Under the pieces are notes generated by a model, which worked only from the letters and a program-made list of their open reading frames with translations, made no database searches and was not told the DNA's origin. Below are positions 45,621-56,162 of a stretch of 64,000 nucleotides of DNA, in pieces; within the stretch, counting starts at the first letter, position 1, and each line of letters starts with the position of its first letter. The translations under genes and the position numbers were made by a program. Origin of the DNA: Methylococcaceae bacterium (GTDB lineage Bacteria; Pseudomonadota; Gammaproteobacteria; Methylococcales; Methylococcaceae); NCBI GenBank assembly GCA_044351045.1, contig JBILGM010000001.1, forward strand, positions 7,314 to 71,313, given 5' to 3'.

Positions 45621-48359
45621 TCAGGCTGAGCGCAAATTGAGCCAGCGACGAATCATTTTTTCTATACCGACAATCAGGTAAATCACCAGGCCACTGCCAA
45701 TGGCCAGCAGCCACTCATCCAGTCCGAGGGGTACGGTATGGAACAGCCAGTTCATGGCGGGCAGATAGATCAACGCGGCCTGCGCCAGCATCATGGCGGT
45801 GATGCCCCACCAAACCCAAAGATTGGAAGACATGCCAAGCCGAAACATGGAATGGGTGAGTGATCGGCAATTGAGTAGATAGAACGATTGCCCCACGGCA
45901 AATACGTTGACGGCGGCAGTACGGGCTGTCTCCTCGGTTTCACCTTGCCAAGACTCCCATTCGAATAAGCCGAAGGCAGCAGTTGTCAGAAGTATGCCGA
46001 CGAGCAACGAACGAAACAGCAGCAGCCCGGTAAGGATCGGCTGATCGGGATGCCGTGGGCGCCGCTGCATGATGTCGGACTCCTTGGCTTCGAACGCCAG
46101 TGGCAGGCCCAGAAGGATCGCCGTTGTCATGTTTAGCCACAGAATCTGAACCGGCAGAATGGGCAAGGTCACTCCGAACAGCACCGCGATGAGGATGACC
46201 AAGCCTTGGCCGATATTGGTGGGTATCGTCCAGGTGATGAACTTGACCAGGTTGTCGTAAACCCCACGGCCTTCCTCAACGGCGGCGGCAATCGTGGCAA
46301 AGTTGTCATCGGTCAACACCATCGCGGCGGCCTCCTTGGAGACTTCGGTGCCGGTGATGCCCATGGCCACGCCAATGTTGGCCTGCCGCAGCGCCGGCGC
46401 GTCGTTGACGCCATCGCCGGTCATGGCGACGATGTGGCCGAGAGCCTGCAAGGCTGTCACCAAACGGAGTTTCTGCTCGGGCGCCACTCGCGCGAAAATC
46501 GTGGTTTTCTCGGCAACCCGAGGAAGGTCCGCGTCGCTGACTCCTTTCAGCGCCCGGCCATCCATGGCACGGATGGTCTCACCCGGATCGGCCAAGCCGA
46601 TCTGCTCGCCAATGGCAACGGCGGTACCGACATGATCGCCGGTGATCATCTTCACGCGAATCCCGGCGGCTCGACAATCGGCAACGGCCTTGATCGCCTC
46701 GGCTCTGGGGGGGTCGATCATGGCCTGCAGTCCCAGAAACGTCAGGCCTTCCGTCACCTGGAGGTGATCCAGTACACGCGGCTCAGACCGATGCTCACCC
46801 CGAGCGAAGGCCAGTACGCGCAGCCCCTGACCCGCCAATTCGGCGACTTCCCCATGAATGGCGGCCGGGTCCAGGGTTGTTTGCCCCAGTTGCGCATCGA
46901 ACGCGCGGTCACACCGTGCGAGCAGGCTTTCGACCGAGCCCTTGAGGTAGATATGGTGGGCATCCTCGGCTCGGTTGTGATGCAGAGTGGCCATGAACTG
47001 ATGCGCCGATTCGAAGGGAATGGCATCCAGGCGCGGGTGAGTGGCTTCGATTGGATCGCGGTGCAGCCCGGCCTTGTGGGCGGAGACCAGCAACGCGGCT
47101 TCGGTGGGATCACCCTCGATATGCCACTTCCCCGCCTCAGTGAAAAGCCGAGCATCGTTGCACAGCAGCCCGGCCCGCAGGGTCTCGATCAGGGCCGGTT
47201 GACTGGCCGGATCGATGGGTTGGTCTGGCCCGCGCCGGAATTCACCTTCCGGCGTGTAACCGGAACCACCCACCCGATAACGGACGCCGCCGGCAGATAC
47301 CGCCTGCGTGGTCATCTGGTTCTGGGTCAGGGTTCCGGTCTTGTCGGAGCAGATGATGGTGGTGCCGCCAAGGGTTTCCACGGCGGGCAGCTTGCGGATG
47401 ATGGCGTTGCGTTGGGCCATGCGTCGCACGCCGATAGCCAGCGTGATGGTGACGGCCACGGGCAGGCCTTCGGGAATGGCCGCCACAGCCAGTGCCACCG
47501 AGGCGATGAAGGATTCGACCAGATCCTCGCCCCGCCACCAGCCCACGGCAAAGGCGAGCGCGGCGAGGCCGATGATCAGCCACATCAATATCCAGCTGAA
47601 TTGGCCGATTTTCCGGGTCAGCGGGGTTTCCAGTTCCGTCGCCGCCGATATCATCTGGTTGATGCGGCCGATTTCGGTACGGTCGCCGGTTTCGATAACG
47701 ACACCGACACCGGTGCCATAGGTCACCAGTGTCGACGAATAGGCCAGATTGGCCCGGTCGGCCAGCAAGGTATCCTCCGGCAGTGTGTCAGCGTTTTTTT
47801 CCACGGGGACGGATTCGCCGGTCAAGGCGGATTCATCGATTTGCAGTTCCCTGCCTCGAAGCAGCCGCACATCGGCGGGGACCTTGTCGCCGGATTGCAG
47901 ATAAACCAGGTCGCCGGGAACCAGCGCCAGCGATGAAATCACCCCACGCTGACCATTGCGGAGCACATTGGCCTGAACGCTGAGCGCGTTAGCCAGGGCG
48001 GCAATCGCCCGTAAGGCATTCATTTCCTGGATGAACCCGATGATGGCATTGATCAGCACCACCCCGATGATGACGCTGGCATCCACCCAGCCCTTCAGCG
48101 GTCCGGTCACGAAGGCGGAAATGAGGAGGATATAGATAAGCGGATGGTGCAGCTGCGACAGAAATAGCCGGAGTGGGCTGATGCCCTTGCGTGGTGTCAA
48201 CCGATTGGGGCCAACGCTGTCGGTGCGTCGCTCGACTTCGGCGTCGGTCAGGCCGCTCTCTGACTGGGTGACCAGGCGGGATAGCACGGCCTCGGTGGAG
48301 ATGGCATGCCAATGAGTGGGCGCTGGTTTTTGCGTGATCTTTTTCATGGTCATTTTCAT
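45621..48359 (-). CDS. Cation-transporting P-type ATPase (P2-type, Ca2+/Mg2+-like)
   Basis: 912 aa with Cation_ATPase_N opening, TGES, the phosphorylation motif CSDKTGTLTQN, the hinge MTGDGVNDAPAL and 10 TM helices. Confidence 0.9.
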   Translation of the reverse strand: MKMTMKKITQKPAPTHWHAISTEAVLSRLVTQSESGLTDAEVERRTDSVGPNRLTPRKGISPLRLFLSQLHHPLIYILLISAFVTGPLKGWVDASVIIGVVLINAIIGFIQEMNALRAIAALANALSVQANVLRNGQRGVISSLALVPGDLVYLQSGDKVPADVRLLRGRELQIDESALTGESVPVEKNADTLPEDTLLADRANLAYSSTLVTYGTGVGVVIETGDRTEIGRINQMISAATELETPLTRKIGQFSWILMWLIIGLAALAFAVGWWRGEDLVESFIASVALAVAAIPEGLPVAVTITLAIGVRRMAQRNAIIRKLPAVETLGGTTIICSDKTGTLTQNQMTTQAVSAGGVRYRVGGSGYTPEGEFRRGPDQPIDPASQPALIETLRAGLLCNDARLFTEAGKWHIEGDPTEAALLVSAHKAGLHRDPIEATHPRLDAIPFESAHQFMATLHHNRAEDAHHIYLKGSVESLLARCDRAFDAQLGQTTLDPAAIHGEVAELAGQGLRVLAFARGEHRSEPRVLDHLQVTEGLTFLGLQAMIDPPRAEAIKAVADCRAAGIRVKMITGDHVGTAVAIGEQIGLADPGETIRAMDGRALKGVSDADLPRVAEKTTIFARVAPEQKLRLVTALQALGHIVAMTGDGVNDAPALRQANIGVAMGITGTEVSKEAAAMVLTDDNFATIAAAVEEGRGVYDNLVKFITWTIPTNIGQGLVILIAVLFGVTLPILPVQILWLNMTTAILLGLPLAFEAKESDIMQRRPRHPDQPILTGLLLFRSLLVGILLTTAAFGLFEWESWQGETEETARTAAVNVFAVGQSFYLLNCRSLTHSMFRLGMSSNLWVWWGITAMMLAQAALIYLPAMNWLFHTVPLGLDEWLLAIGSGLVIYLIVGIEKMIRRWLNLRSA

Positions 48360-48449
48360 CTGGCGTGGGCGACAGCAAGGTCGCCGGAAAATCTGGGGGG
48401 GTTATTTGATGGTATCGGTCAGGTGGCGGAATTTTCGAGTGCGTCGGGA

Positions 48450-48978
48450 GCCGCTCCGCCGCGCTCTTGATATGGATAAGCGCCGGCTTCAGGGTGTCCA
48501 TCTTCTCGCTCCGGGCGGCGAGTTCCGCCTGCAGTTTCAGGCCGGCCAGTGGGGTGCGCAGCTGATGCGCGGCATTTTCGATAAAGCGGCGCTGGGTGGT
48601 CATGGACGCCCCCAGCCGTTCCATGAGCGCGTTGAGCGTATGCGTCAGTGACCGCACTTCCAGCGGGACATCCGTATCCGGGATGGGCGTCAGATCCCGC
48701 GCCGAGCGGTCGTCGATGGATCGAGTCAGGTCTGCCAGCGGCTGAAGCCCGCGTTTGATCCCGCTCCAGACATGAAACAGGGTGACGAACACCAGCAGGA
48801 ATTGTGGCAGGGCCACGGCAAGAATGATCTCATTGGTTATGCCCCGGCGTTTGCGCAGCGTTTCGGCGACGGAAATCATGACCTCGTTGCCGCTGTTCGC
48901 CGGGGTCATCAGCACCGACACCACCCGCACTTTTTCGTTTTGCATGACCCGATCCGAGAACAGCGGTTGCGCCGGATT
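48450..48978 (-). pseudogene. Internal fragment of a sensor histidine kinase (TM2-HAMP-HisKA only)
   Basis: The reverse frame reads ...ILAVALPQFLLVFVTLFHVWSGIKRGLQPLADL ... RRFIENAAHQLRTPLAGL... (H-box). It has no TM1 or periplasmic start (stop at 48979-48981) and no HATPase domain. The frame degenerates and runs into the ATPase gene. Confidence 0.6.
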
Positions 48979-48984
48979 TTATCA

Positions 48985-49144
48985 AGGCATGGTGGGGGCG
49001 ATGCACCGGCTTGGGCATGCCTGCCGCTACTCTGAATATGCCGGCCACGGTCACGATGCCTGGGAACCGGCTTTCGAAGAGCCGAAGCTGTGGGATTGGC
49101 TGTTGCGGCAGAGTCAGGGCAAGCTGGTCCGAATCAGTCCATGA
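48985..49144 (+). pseudogene. C-terminal fragment of an alpha/beta-hydrolase (esterase-type) gene
   Basis: ...CRYSEYAGHGHDAWEPAFEEPKLWDWLLRQSQ* resembles the C-terminal catalytic-His region of esterase/peptidase-type hydrolases. No upstream domain is present. Confidence 0.4.
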
Positions 49145-49386
49145 CTTAGTAGGTGTTTTTACGTATGTGCTTTTCATAAAAGACGCGCTAACTTGGGTCT
49201 TATGTCCCGGTTCAACTCGTTTTGCGAGGCTTATTCGGGACAGAATCCTGGAATAACGCGATGCTTTCCTATTCTTCCTGGTTGGTTTGCCGAGAAAGCT
49301 CTCGAAAGAGCGTTGGGGACTTGGCTATTGGTCAACGAGCCGGCGGTGTAGACATCCAGCCCGAACGTAAATAAAGGAACTCTAAA

Positions 49387-51079
49387 ATGAAAACGCATAA
49401 TAAGACAGGTGCACTGGGCATGGCTTTGCTCCTGGGGTTTGCGATAACCCCAAAGGGGCAGGCTGCTTCTAACGTCAAGTTCCGGACCGTTGTCAATAAC
49501 GGCATGACCATGCCGGATTCGGAAAACACATTCAATGCTTACAAACCAGCCCTCTGTGAACAAAAACGGGCAAGTAGTGATCCGTGCTCGGAGCAAAGGC
49601 GGTAGCGAGGGAGGGCAACCGACCAAGGGTATTTACTCAAGAAAAATGAAGGTCAGTGGAGCAAAGGCGAAAAGTCGTGCAAATAATGGGACGCTGGTGC
49701 CTCAACCCAACAACACGTCGGCCACCATCGTCGAGACACCCTCATTTCCAAGGATGGACCGAAACACAGGGTCATTTGCCTTCCGTGGCATGTCAAAGCC
49801 CGTATGGACGTATACCCCGGAGGGGGGTGAGGAGACCAAAATAGGCACGACCGGCGTCTACATGTCGCCCAAGGATCAGTTGATCACCGGTGTTAACCAA
49901 CTCGGTGTTGTTCCGGGGTTTGATTACTTCGCAGTTCCCAATGAGGCGTTGTCCTTAAAGTTCGATATGTTTCCGGGGGCCCCCTCGCCTGTCGGCAATA
50001 TCGTGACCTTCAAAGGCAACTACACGGTACCGGCGCCAACCGAGGCGAACCCGGATGCCACGATCGGCAAGACCGGGGTGTATTTCAGAAATACCAAAAA
50101 CGATGGCAAGAAAAATAAAACACCATTCCCCAGCGTTCTGATTGCTAATACGGATACGGTCATACCCAACGGCGATGGGGCAACCAGATTTGGTTCAACG
50201 GCCCCGCCCAGTGCTGCGGGCAAGAATATGGTCTTTGTCGGGTTTGATAACGAGGAAACGCCCAGCATGGGGGGCATCTATTTGGCTCCCTTGGTGGAAG
50301 GGCCCACGCTGACCACAATGATCGGGTTTGGTGGGCAAGTTCCTGGCCAGCCTGATGGCGCCGCATTCAATCGCCTGAGTGAGGGGGTGTCCTTTAGTGG
50401 TCGCTATGCCGCATTTTGGGGTGCGTGGGGTAGCCAGACGCGAACGAAGATCCTGACATGCCCGACTGACGGGAATAAGGACTTGATTGCTGACTGCCTG
50501 CAACATGACAACAACACGGAGGTGCAGATTCCCGTCAATCAGGGTTTCTTTGTGACTGATCTCAAGAAGGGGGTGACTGTGCCCATCGCGCTGACGACGC
50601 TGGATGGATTTGAAGATTTCCTTTACTGGAACTACTCAGGCCATGCGCCGGGGGCCAACGAACCGGATGAAGAAGGGGATGACGCAGAGCCCCCCCGCTG
50701 GCGCAACGCTACCTTTGTGGCCGTCGATGCATATAACCCTTCCACCGTGCGATTCAGGTCTGTTTTCAAGGGGACGAAAGCCGACCTCAATACAAAAGGT
50801 CTACCCCTGCAGGGCATCTACCTGGCCGACGGCCCGCAGCCGTCTCTCGATAGCCACATTGCAATTGTCGATACCAATACCTTGGGGAGTGTGGTTGATC
50901 CTTCAGTGGCGGCCATGAGCTCGGATACCGATCCGCTGATTGTGACTGCAGTGGGCATTGAGCGGGATGGGTTGCGTGCCAACTGGTTGGCCTTCAATTC
51001 CAGCATGGCTAATGCCGATGCCAGTGTTAGCTGGGCGGGTGTTTATGTGTCCAAGCTGCCCAACAAAATCAATCCATAG
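49387..51079 (+). pseudogene. Secreted repeat protein (NxxGxxAF-type tandem repeats) split by a +1 frameshift near 49540-49550
   Basis: ORF 49387-49605 supplies the signal peptide (MKTHNKTGALGMALLLGFAITPKGQA) and the first repeat. ORF 49535-51079, in the next frame, continues NQPSVNKNGQVVIRA and recurring (T)G(V/I)Y motifs. Together they read as one gene. Confidence 0.6.
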
Positions 51080-51303
51080 CGCCAGCAGCGCGCAAAGAGA
51101 CAATGACTTCGGGGCGGCAATAGTCGCCCCGTTCTTTTGGTGGGGTGTTTAACCTTGCAAAGACTCCCTATATGGGCAGCCAACAACGCTGCCGAAACCG
51201 ACAAGGCCCCTTGAATTGGTTGAAGGTTTCAGAGATTCCGGTTTTCCCCACAGGTGGCCCCGTGTGAAAATCTGTCATTACCGATTCCCCCTTGGAGCCC
51301 CGC

Positions 51304-53583
51304 ATGAATGACGCCCGCCCTGCTACTGCCTCGGTCATGGAGATTGCCGAGCACGACACTACGCTCGTCGTCCGGCTGTTCGGGCGCATTGACAGCAATC
51401 AATGTCAGACCATACACGAGCCGCTGATCGCCAGAATCACCGGGGCAGGAAAAGCCGTGGTGCTGGATATGGAGGAGGTCACTTTCGTGGCCTCCGCGTT
51501 CCTGCGCCTCTGCATCATGGCAGCCAAGCTTGTCGATGACCGCATCCGGATGATCAACGTCAGTCCCCTGCTCAAGAAGGTTTTCAAGATCGCCGGGCTG
51601 GACAGTCATATCACCATGACGGCGGGATCGTTCGATCCGGTCACGCCCCGCCATGAGCCGGTTTACCCGGTGGTCAAGGCGGCGGAGGCCAGGGCGTTGA
51701 TCACCGCCGAGCGTTACCGGGCCATGTATGACCGCTCGATCGCCGACCCGGACGGATTCTGGGCCGATCTGGCGAGTGACTTTCTGCAGTGGGACCAACC
51801 CTGGGATCAGCTGGCCCGGTGGGATTTCAGGAAGGCCCATATCGAATGGTTTCAGGGCGGCGCATTGAACGTCAGCGTCAACTGTCTCGACCGTCATCTG
51901 CCGATGCACGGTGAGCATGTCGCCATTCTCTGGGAAGGCGACGAACCGGGAGAACAGCGCCAGCTGACCTACCATGAGCTCTATGAGCAGGTCTGCCGAT
52001 TCGCCAATGTGCTCAAGGCCCGGGGCGTCCAGCGTGGTGATCGGGTCTGTCTTTATCTGCCGATGATTCCCGAGGGTGCGGTCGCCATGCTCGCTTGTGC
52101 ACGTATCGGCGCGGTGCACTCGCTGGTGTTTGGCGGCTTCTCTGCCGAAGCCCTGAAGGACCGCATCCTGGATGCCGGTTGTCACCACGTCGTTTGCGCG
52201 GATGAAGGCCGCCGCGGCGGTCGCCGCGTGCCGCTGAAGCAGAATGTTGATGCGGCGTTGCGAGGCTGCCCGGAGGTGACCTCGGTGATCGTCGTGCGCA
52301 ACACGCAAGGCGCCATCGACTGGGTGGAGGGGCGTGACCATTGGTATGACGAACAGATGGCTTTGGCCGACGTGCATTGCCCGCCCGAATCCATGGGCGC
52401 GGAAGATCCGCTGTTCATCCTCTACACCTCTGGCTCTACCGGCCAACCGAAGGGCGTGCTGCACACCACCGGCGGCTATCTGTTGTATGCGGCGGTCACC
52501 CATCGCTATGTCTTCGACTATCACGAGCATGAAGTTTACTGGTGTACGGCCGATCTCGGCTGGGTCACCGGGCATAGTTATGTGGTCTACGGGCCGCTGT
52601 GCAATGGCGCCACTACGCTGATGTTCGAGGGGGTGCCGAATTATCCGGATGCGGGCCGTTTCTGGCAGATCATCGAGAAATACCGGGTCAATATTTTCTA
52701 TACCGCCCCCACGGCCATCCGCGCACTGATGGGGCAGGGCAATCGCTGGGTACATGCCAGCGATCTTTCCAGTCTGCGGCTGCTGGGGTCGGTTGGCGAA
52801 CCGATCAACCCGGAGGCGTGGGCCTGGTACTACCACGTGGTCGGGGATTCTCGTTGCCCGATCGTCGACACCTGGTGGCAGACGGAAACCGGCGGCATCA
52901 TGATTACGCCGCTCGCCGGGGTCACCGACCTCAAGCCCGGCTCTGCCGCGCTCCCGTTTTTCGGTGTCCGGCCGGCCCTTCTTGATGAGGCGGGTAATCC
53001 GGTCCAGGGTCCGGGCGAAGGGGTACTGGTCATTGCGGGTTCCTGGCCGGGGCAGGCGCGCACCATTTATGGTGATCCGCAGCGGTTTTTCGATACCTAT
53101 TTTGCACCCTATCCCGGTTACTACTTCAGCGGCGACGGTGCCCGGCGCGACGAGGATGGCTATTACTGGATCACCGGGCGGGTGGACGATGTCATCAACA
53201 TTGCCGGACATCGTCTTGGTACGGCGGAAGTGGAGAGCGCTTTGGTGCTGCACCCCGACGTGGTCGAGGCCGCCGTCGTCGGCTATCCGCACCCGATCAA
53301 GGGCCAGGGTATTTACGCCTATGTCACGCTGGCGGCTGGCCTTGATACCAGCGAGGAGCTGCGCCGCGCGTTGATCGAACTGGTCCGTCACGAAATCGGC
53401 GCCATTGCCGCGCCCGACATCATTCAATGGGCCCCCGCGTTGCCCAAAACCCGCTCCGGCAAGATCATGCGCCGCATACTGCGTAAGATTGCCGCCGGGG
53501 AAATCGATCAACTGGGTGACATCACGACGCTGGCCGACTCGGCCGTTGTTGAGCAAATCATTCGCGAGTGCCGCTTGCACTGA
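51304..53583 (+). CDS. acs: Acetyl-CoA synthetase with an in-frame N-terminal STAS (anti-sigma-antagonist-like) domain
   Basis: The ATG at 51304 has a GGAG SD 6 nt upstream. Residues about 10-105 form a STAS pattern ([21 protein letters not shown]...[18 protein letters not shown]...[18 protein letters not shown]). From the ATG at 51616 a full Acs follows ([31 protein letters not shown]). No stop codon separates the two parts. Confidence 0.85.
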   Translation: MNDARPATASVMEIAEHDTTLVVRLFGRIDSNQCQTIHEPLIARITGAGKAVVLDMEEVTFVASAFLRLCIMAAKLVDDRIRMINVSPLLKKVFKIAGLDSHITMTAGSFDPVTPRHEPVYPVVKAAEARALITAERYRAMYDRSIADPDGFWADLASDFLQWDQPWDQLARWDFRKAHIEWFQGGALNVSVNCLDRHLPMHGEHVAILWEGDEPGEQRQLTYHELYEQVCRFANVLKARGVQRGDRVCLYLPMIPEGAVAMLACARIGAVHSLVFGGFSAEALKDRILDAGCHHVVCADEGRRGGRRVPLKQNVDAALRGCPEVTSVIVVRNTQGAIDWVEGRDHWYDEQMALADVHCPPESMGAEDPLFILYTSGSTGQPKGVLHTTGGYLLYAAVTHRYVFDYHEHEVYWCTADLGWVTGHSYVVYGPLCNGATTLMFEGVPNYPDAGRFWQIIEKYRVNIFYTAPTAIRALMGQGNRWVHASDLSSLRLLGSVGEPINPEAWAWYYHVVGDSRCPIVDTWWQTETGGIMITPLAGVTDLKPGSAALPFFGVRPALLDEAGNPVQGPGEGVLVIAGSWPGQARTIYGDPQRFFDTYFAPYPGYYFSGDGARRDEDGYYWITGRVDDVINIAGHRLGTAEVESALVLHPDVVEAAVVGYPHPIKGQGIYAYVTLAAGLDTSEELRRALIELVRHEIGAIAAPDIIQWAPALPKTRSGKIMRRILRKIAAGEIDQLGDITTLADSAVVEQIIRECRLH

Positions 53584-53606
53584 CTTTTGCCGCGGGACCC
53601 AAGCAG

Positions 53607-54743
53607 ATGCCATCCGACAAGCTATCAAGAAGATCTCGCTCTACTCTGGTGACCTATGCCATTGTCATACTCGCATTGATGGTGATCGGGACTTCATACC
53701 GTCACTATGTTGCACAGGGCACGAATATGGTCCATCGGGAAGTACTGCTTCCCATCGAGGGCCAGCAGTCGCCCGAGACCGCCATCGAGGTCGGGCTACT
53801 TATCGATAATGTCTATGCCTTCGAGGCGGACAAGAAAACCTTTGATGCCGATGGATGGATTTGGCTGAAATGGAGCCAGGCCCTGCACAGGAAAATGCTA
53901 CAGGTAGGGGTCAGCCCGGATGAACTCTTTCAATTTTTCAATCAAGTGGATGATTGGGATGCCACCCTGACACCCGGCAGCGACGCGCCCATTCCAATGG
54001 CGGATGGGCGGCTTTACCAGAAGTTCAGGTTCTCAGGGCACTTTTACGTCAATGAGCTTGATTTCAGGCTATATCCATTCCAGACCCTGAAATTGCCCCT
54101 GGTGGTTGAGCTGACCAACGAAAAACTGAAAGGGGAGGGTCCAGCCCTTGGTGTGACCCTGGATAAGGTGCACTCGGGGTTGGGCGATTATGTCGACCTC
54201 GGTGGTTATCAGACCCGGGGGCATGAATTCAAAGCCTGTCTCCACGAATACAAAACTTCGTTCGGCGAACCTGCCGCGACGTCCGGTCCACGACGTCTGC
54301 CGCAGGCCCGCATGGAGATTGCCTACCAGAAAGCGCCCACCGCCATGTGGCTGAAAGTCTTGCTGCCGTTGATCACGGTCATGGTTCTGGCTCTGTTTGC
54401 TCCGGACATCTCGGCATCGGGCTGGGATGTTCGGCTCGGAATTCCACCCATGGCGATTCTCACCCTCATGTTTTTGCAACAGACCTACCAGACCTGGATG
54501 CCCGAGCTTCCATACATTACTTTCCTGGATACCGTTTACAACCTCTGCTACCTGGCCAACCTGGTGCTGTTCCGGCTCTTCCTGTGGGGGACCAATGAAT
54601 ATTGTGCAGCTTCGGAAGAAGACAAGCCTGCGGTGGTTGCGCGAATCAACCGTGTGGATCTTTATTTCCAGGTGGGCATAACTGCGGTCATCGCTTTCAC
54701 CATCGCGGCCAACTGGTTCACCCTGAGCCGCCAGATTCAATGA
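53607..54743 (+). CDS. Prokaryotic pentameric ligand-gated ion channel (GLIC/ELIC-like) homologue
   Basis: N-terminal anchor, a beta-rich extracellular-type domain of about 200 aa (IEVGLLIDNVYAFEADKKTFDADGWIWLKWSQ) and then four TM helices with the M1-M2-M3-loop-M4 spacing. Confidence 0.55.
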   Translation: MPSDKLSRRSRSTLVTYAIVILALMVIGTSYRHYVAQGTNMVHREVLLPIEGQQSPETAIEVGLLIDNVYAFEADKKTFDADGWIWLKWSQALHRKMLQVGVSPDELFQFFNQVDDWDATLTPGSDAPIPMADGRLYQKFRFSGHFYVNELDFRLYPFQTLKLPLVVELTNEKLKGEGPALGVTLDKVHSGLGDYVDLGGYQTRGHEFKACLHEYKTSFGEPAATSGPRRLPQARMEIAYQKAPTAMWLKVLLPLITVMVLALFAPDISASGWDVRLGIPPMAILTLMFLQQTYQTWMPELPYITFLDTVYNLCYLANLVLFRLFLWGTNEYCAASEEDKPAVVARINRVDLYFQVGITAVIAFTIAANWFTLSRQIQ

Positions 54744-54753
54744 TCTTCAAGGC

Positions 54754-55086
54754 ATGATTCATTTCAGAGGGTCTGGTGCCCCGTTACATACCCGGCGCCT
54801 GGCCGTTTCAACCGCACTCATTGCGGCTGGAATATGGCCAAACAAGACGAATGCGTTGACCGCTGAAGATACAGCTACCCGAAATGAAGAGACGGCAGGC
54901 GCCGAAGAGGCCGCCCCGGCGGAGGGATGTGGTGATCTCGTTTCCACCATGGACGATCCGGGCCCCGACCTGGCCAACTTCCCCAATAGTTCCTTTACCC
55001 TCAAAGCCGGGGGCTTCTATGTTGAGTCCGCTCCCCTCAGCTTCTATGGTTCCACACCGGATGCCCCCTCCCGAATGGAAACCTAG
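54754..55086 (+). pseudogene. Probable truncated N-terminal fragment of an outer-membrane (MetA-pathway/transporter-like) protein
   Basis: 110 aa with a signal-like segment, then DDPGPDLANFPNSSFTLKAGGFYVESAPLSFYG, which resembles the first strands of such barrels. The ORF stops early, and 55087-55583 has no convincing continuation. Confidence 0.3.
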
Positions 55087-55583
55087 GGAGTTGCTCTACA
55101 AGAAGAATACCAATAAGGCGGGTACCAGAGTGACGCAAAGCATGAAAGGCGGTATCAAGGCCCTGTTCCATGATGAAGCCAAGGGCGGTGCTTCCAACCG
55201 GGTATTTCTGGACATCTATCGCAAGGACGCCATTGCGGATATTCGCATTGCCGAATGTGAGCTGAAGGCGACCAAAAAGCGCCGCTGGGCGAAGGTTAAT
55301 GTGAATAATCAATTAGTCAATCTGGGAACCGCCCAATACGTCCTTGATATCGCAGAGTCCAAATTTCCAGAAGATGCCGGCAAGAACAAGCTGACCAGAA
55401 AGATCGGTCTCTGGGTGTCGATCTGGCCAAGGAGGGCGTTCAGGCGGGCGTGCCGGAACTGCAAGAGGGTGACTACACCCGATTCCGTCGTCAGGTCGAC
55501 TGAGCTCTTTTCGATTTTGCATAACCTTTGCTCCATCCCCTTCATCGGGAGTGGAGCCCACTCAATTATAGGAACCCCAGCCC

Positions 55584-56147
55584 ATGAAGACAGAAGCACC
55601 CCAACCCAGTTTGAGCGAAATTCTTCACGAAGCCAGGCACTTTCATGAATCCCATGATTCCTTGCTGATGGCGACCGCCCGGCAGGATGTGCCAGTAGCC
55701 ACCTACGCGCCTTATGTGACGGATGATCGGGGATGTTTTTACATCTACGTGAGCGAGTTATCCGCTCACACCCCGAACCTGATGGAAAATCCTAAGGCCA
55801 GCGTGCTCTTCATCGAGGATGAGAGCGAGGCCCAGCATCTGTTTGGCCGCAAGCGCGTGACCTATACCTGTCGGGCCGAACCGGTGGCACGGGAGTCGGC
55901 CGACTTTGATCGCATCATGGATTGCTTCAAGGACAAACACGGCAAGTTCATGGACATGATGCGCGAGATGCGGGATTTCCACCTGTTTTGCCTGGTTCCC
56001 GAGCAGGGCAATTATGTGCGGGGCTTTGCTCAGGCTTACGAACTGCATGGCGATGGCCTCGGTGAAATCCGCCATGTCAACGACAAGGGCCATCGGGCGG
56101 GAACGGCCGAATCGGCCAAACAGATGGGCTCCATGGCGTCGACCTGA
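55584..56147 (+). CDS. hutZ: HutZ/HugZ-type heme utilisation protein (PNPOx-like fold)
   Basis: 187 aa. YVSELSAHTPNLMENPKASVLFIEDESEAQHLFGRKRVTY is the HutZ-like pattern. A hemS-type gene follows. Confidence 0.7.
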   Translation: MKTEAPQPSLSEILHEARHFHESHDSLLMATARQDVPVATYAPYVTDDRGCFYIYVSELSAHTPNLMENPKASVLFIEDESEAQHLFGRKRVTYTCRAEPVARESADFDRIMDCFKDKHGKFMDMMREMRDFHLFCLVPEQGNYVRGFAQAYELHGDGLGEIRHVNDKGHRAGTAESAKQMGSMAST

Positions 56148-56162
56148 AATCGAAGTACACCC

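Noticed and set aside
47989-48945. 318-aa ORF on the minus strand read as an intact gene
   Set aside because: Only its first 165 or so codons look like real protein (a histidine-kinase HAMP/HisKA core). The rest overlaps the P-type ATPase N-terminus in another frame and is Pro/Arg/His-rich noise. It is called a gene fragment instead.
54884-55648. 254-aa ORF spanning 54884-55648, and antisense ORFs at 55037-55599
   Set aside because: The 5' part overlaps the 54754-55086 ORF and the 3' end overlaps the hutZ start. The translation has no recognisable motif, signal peptide or SD. The segment 55087-55583 may hold a degraded gene, but I cannot support a call.
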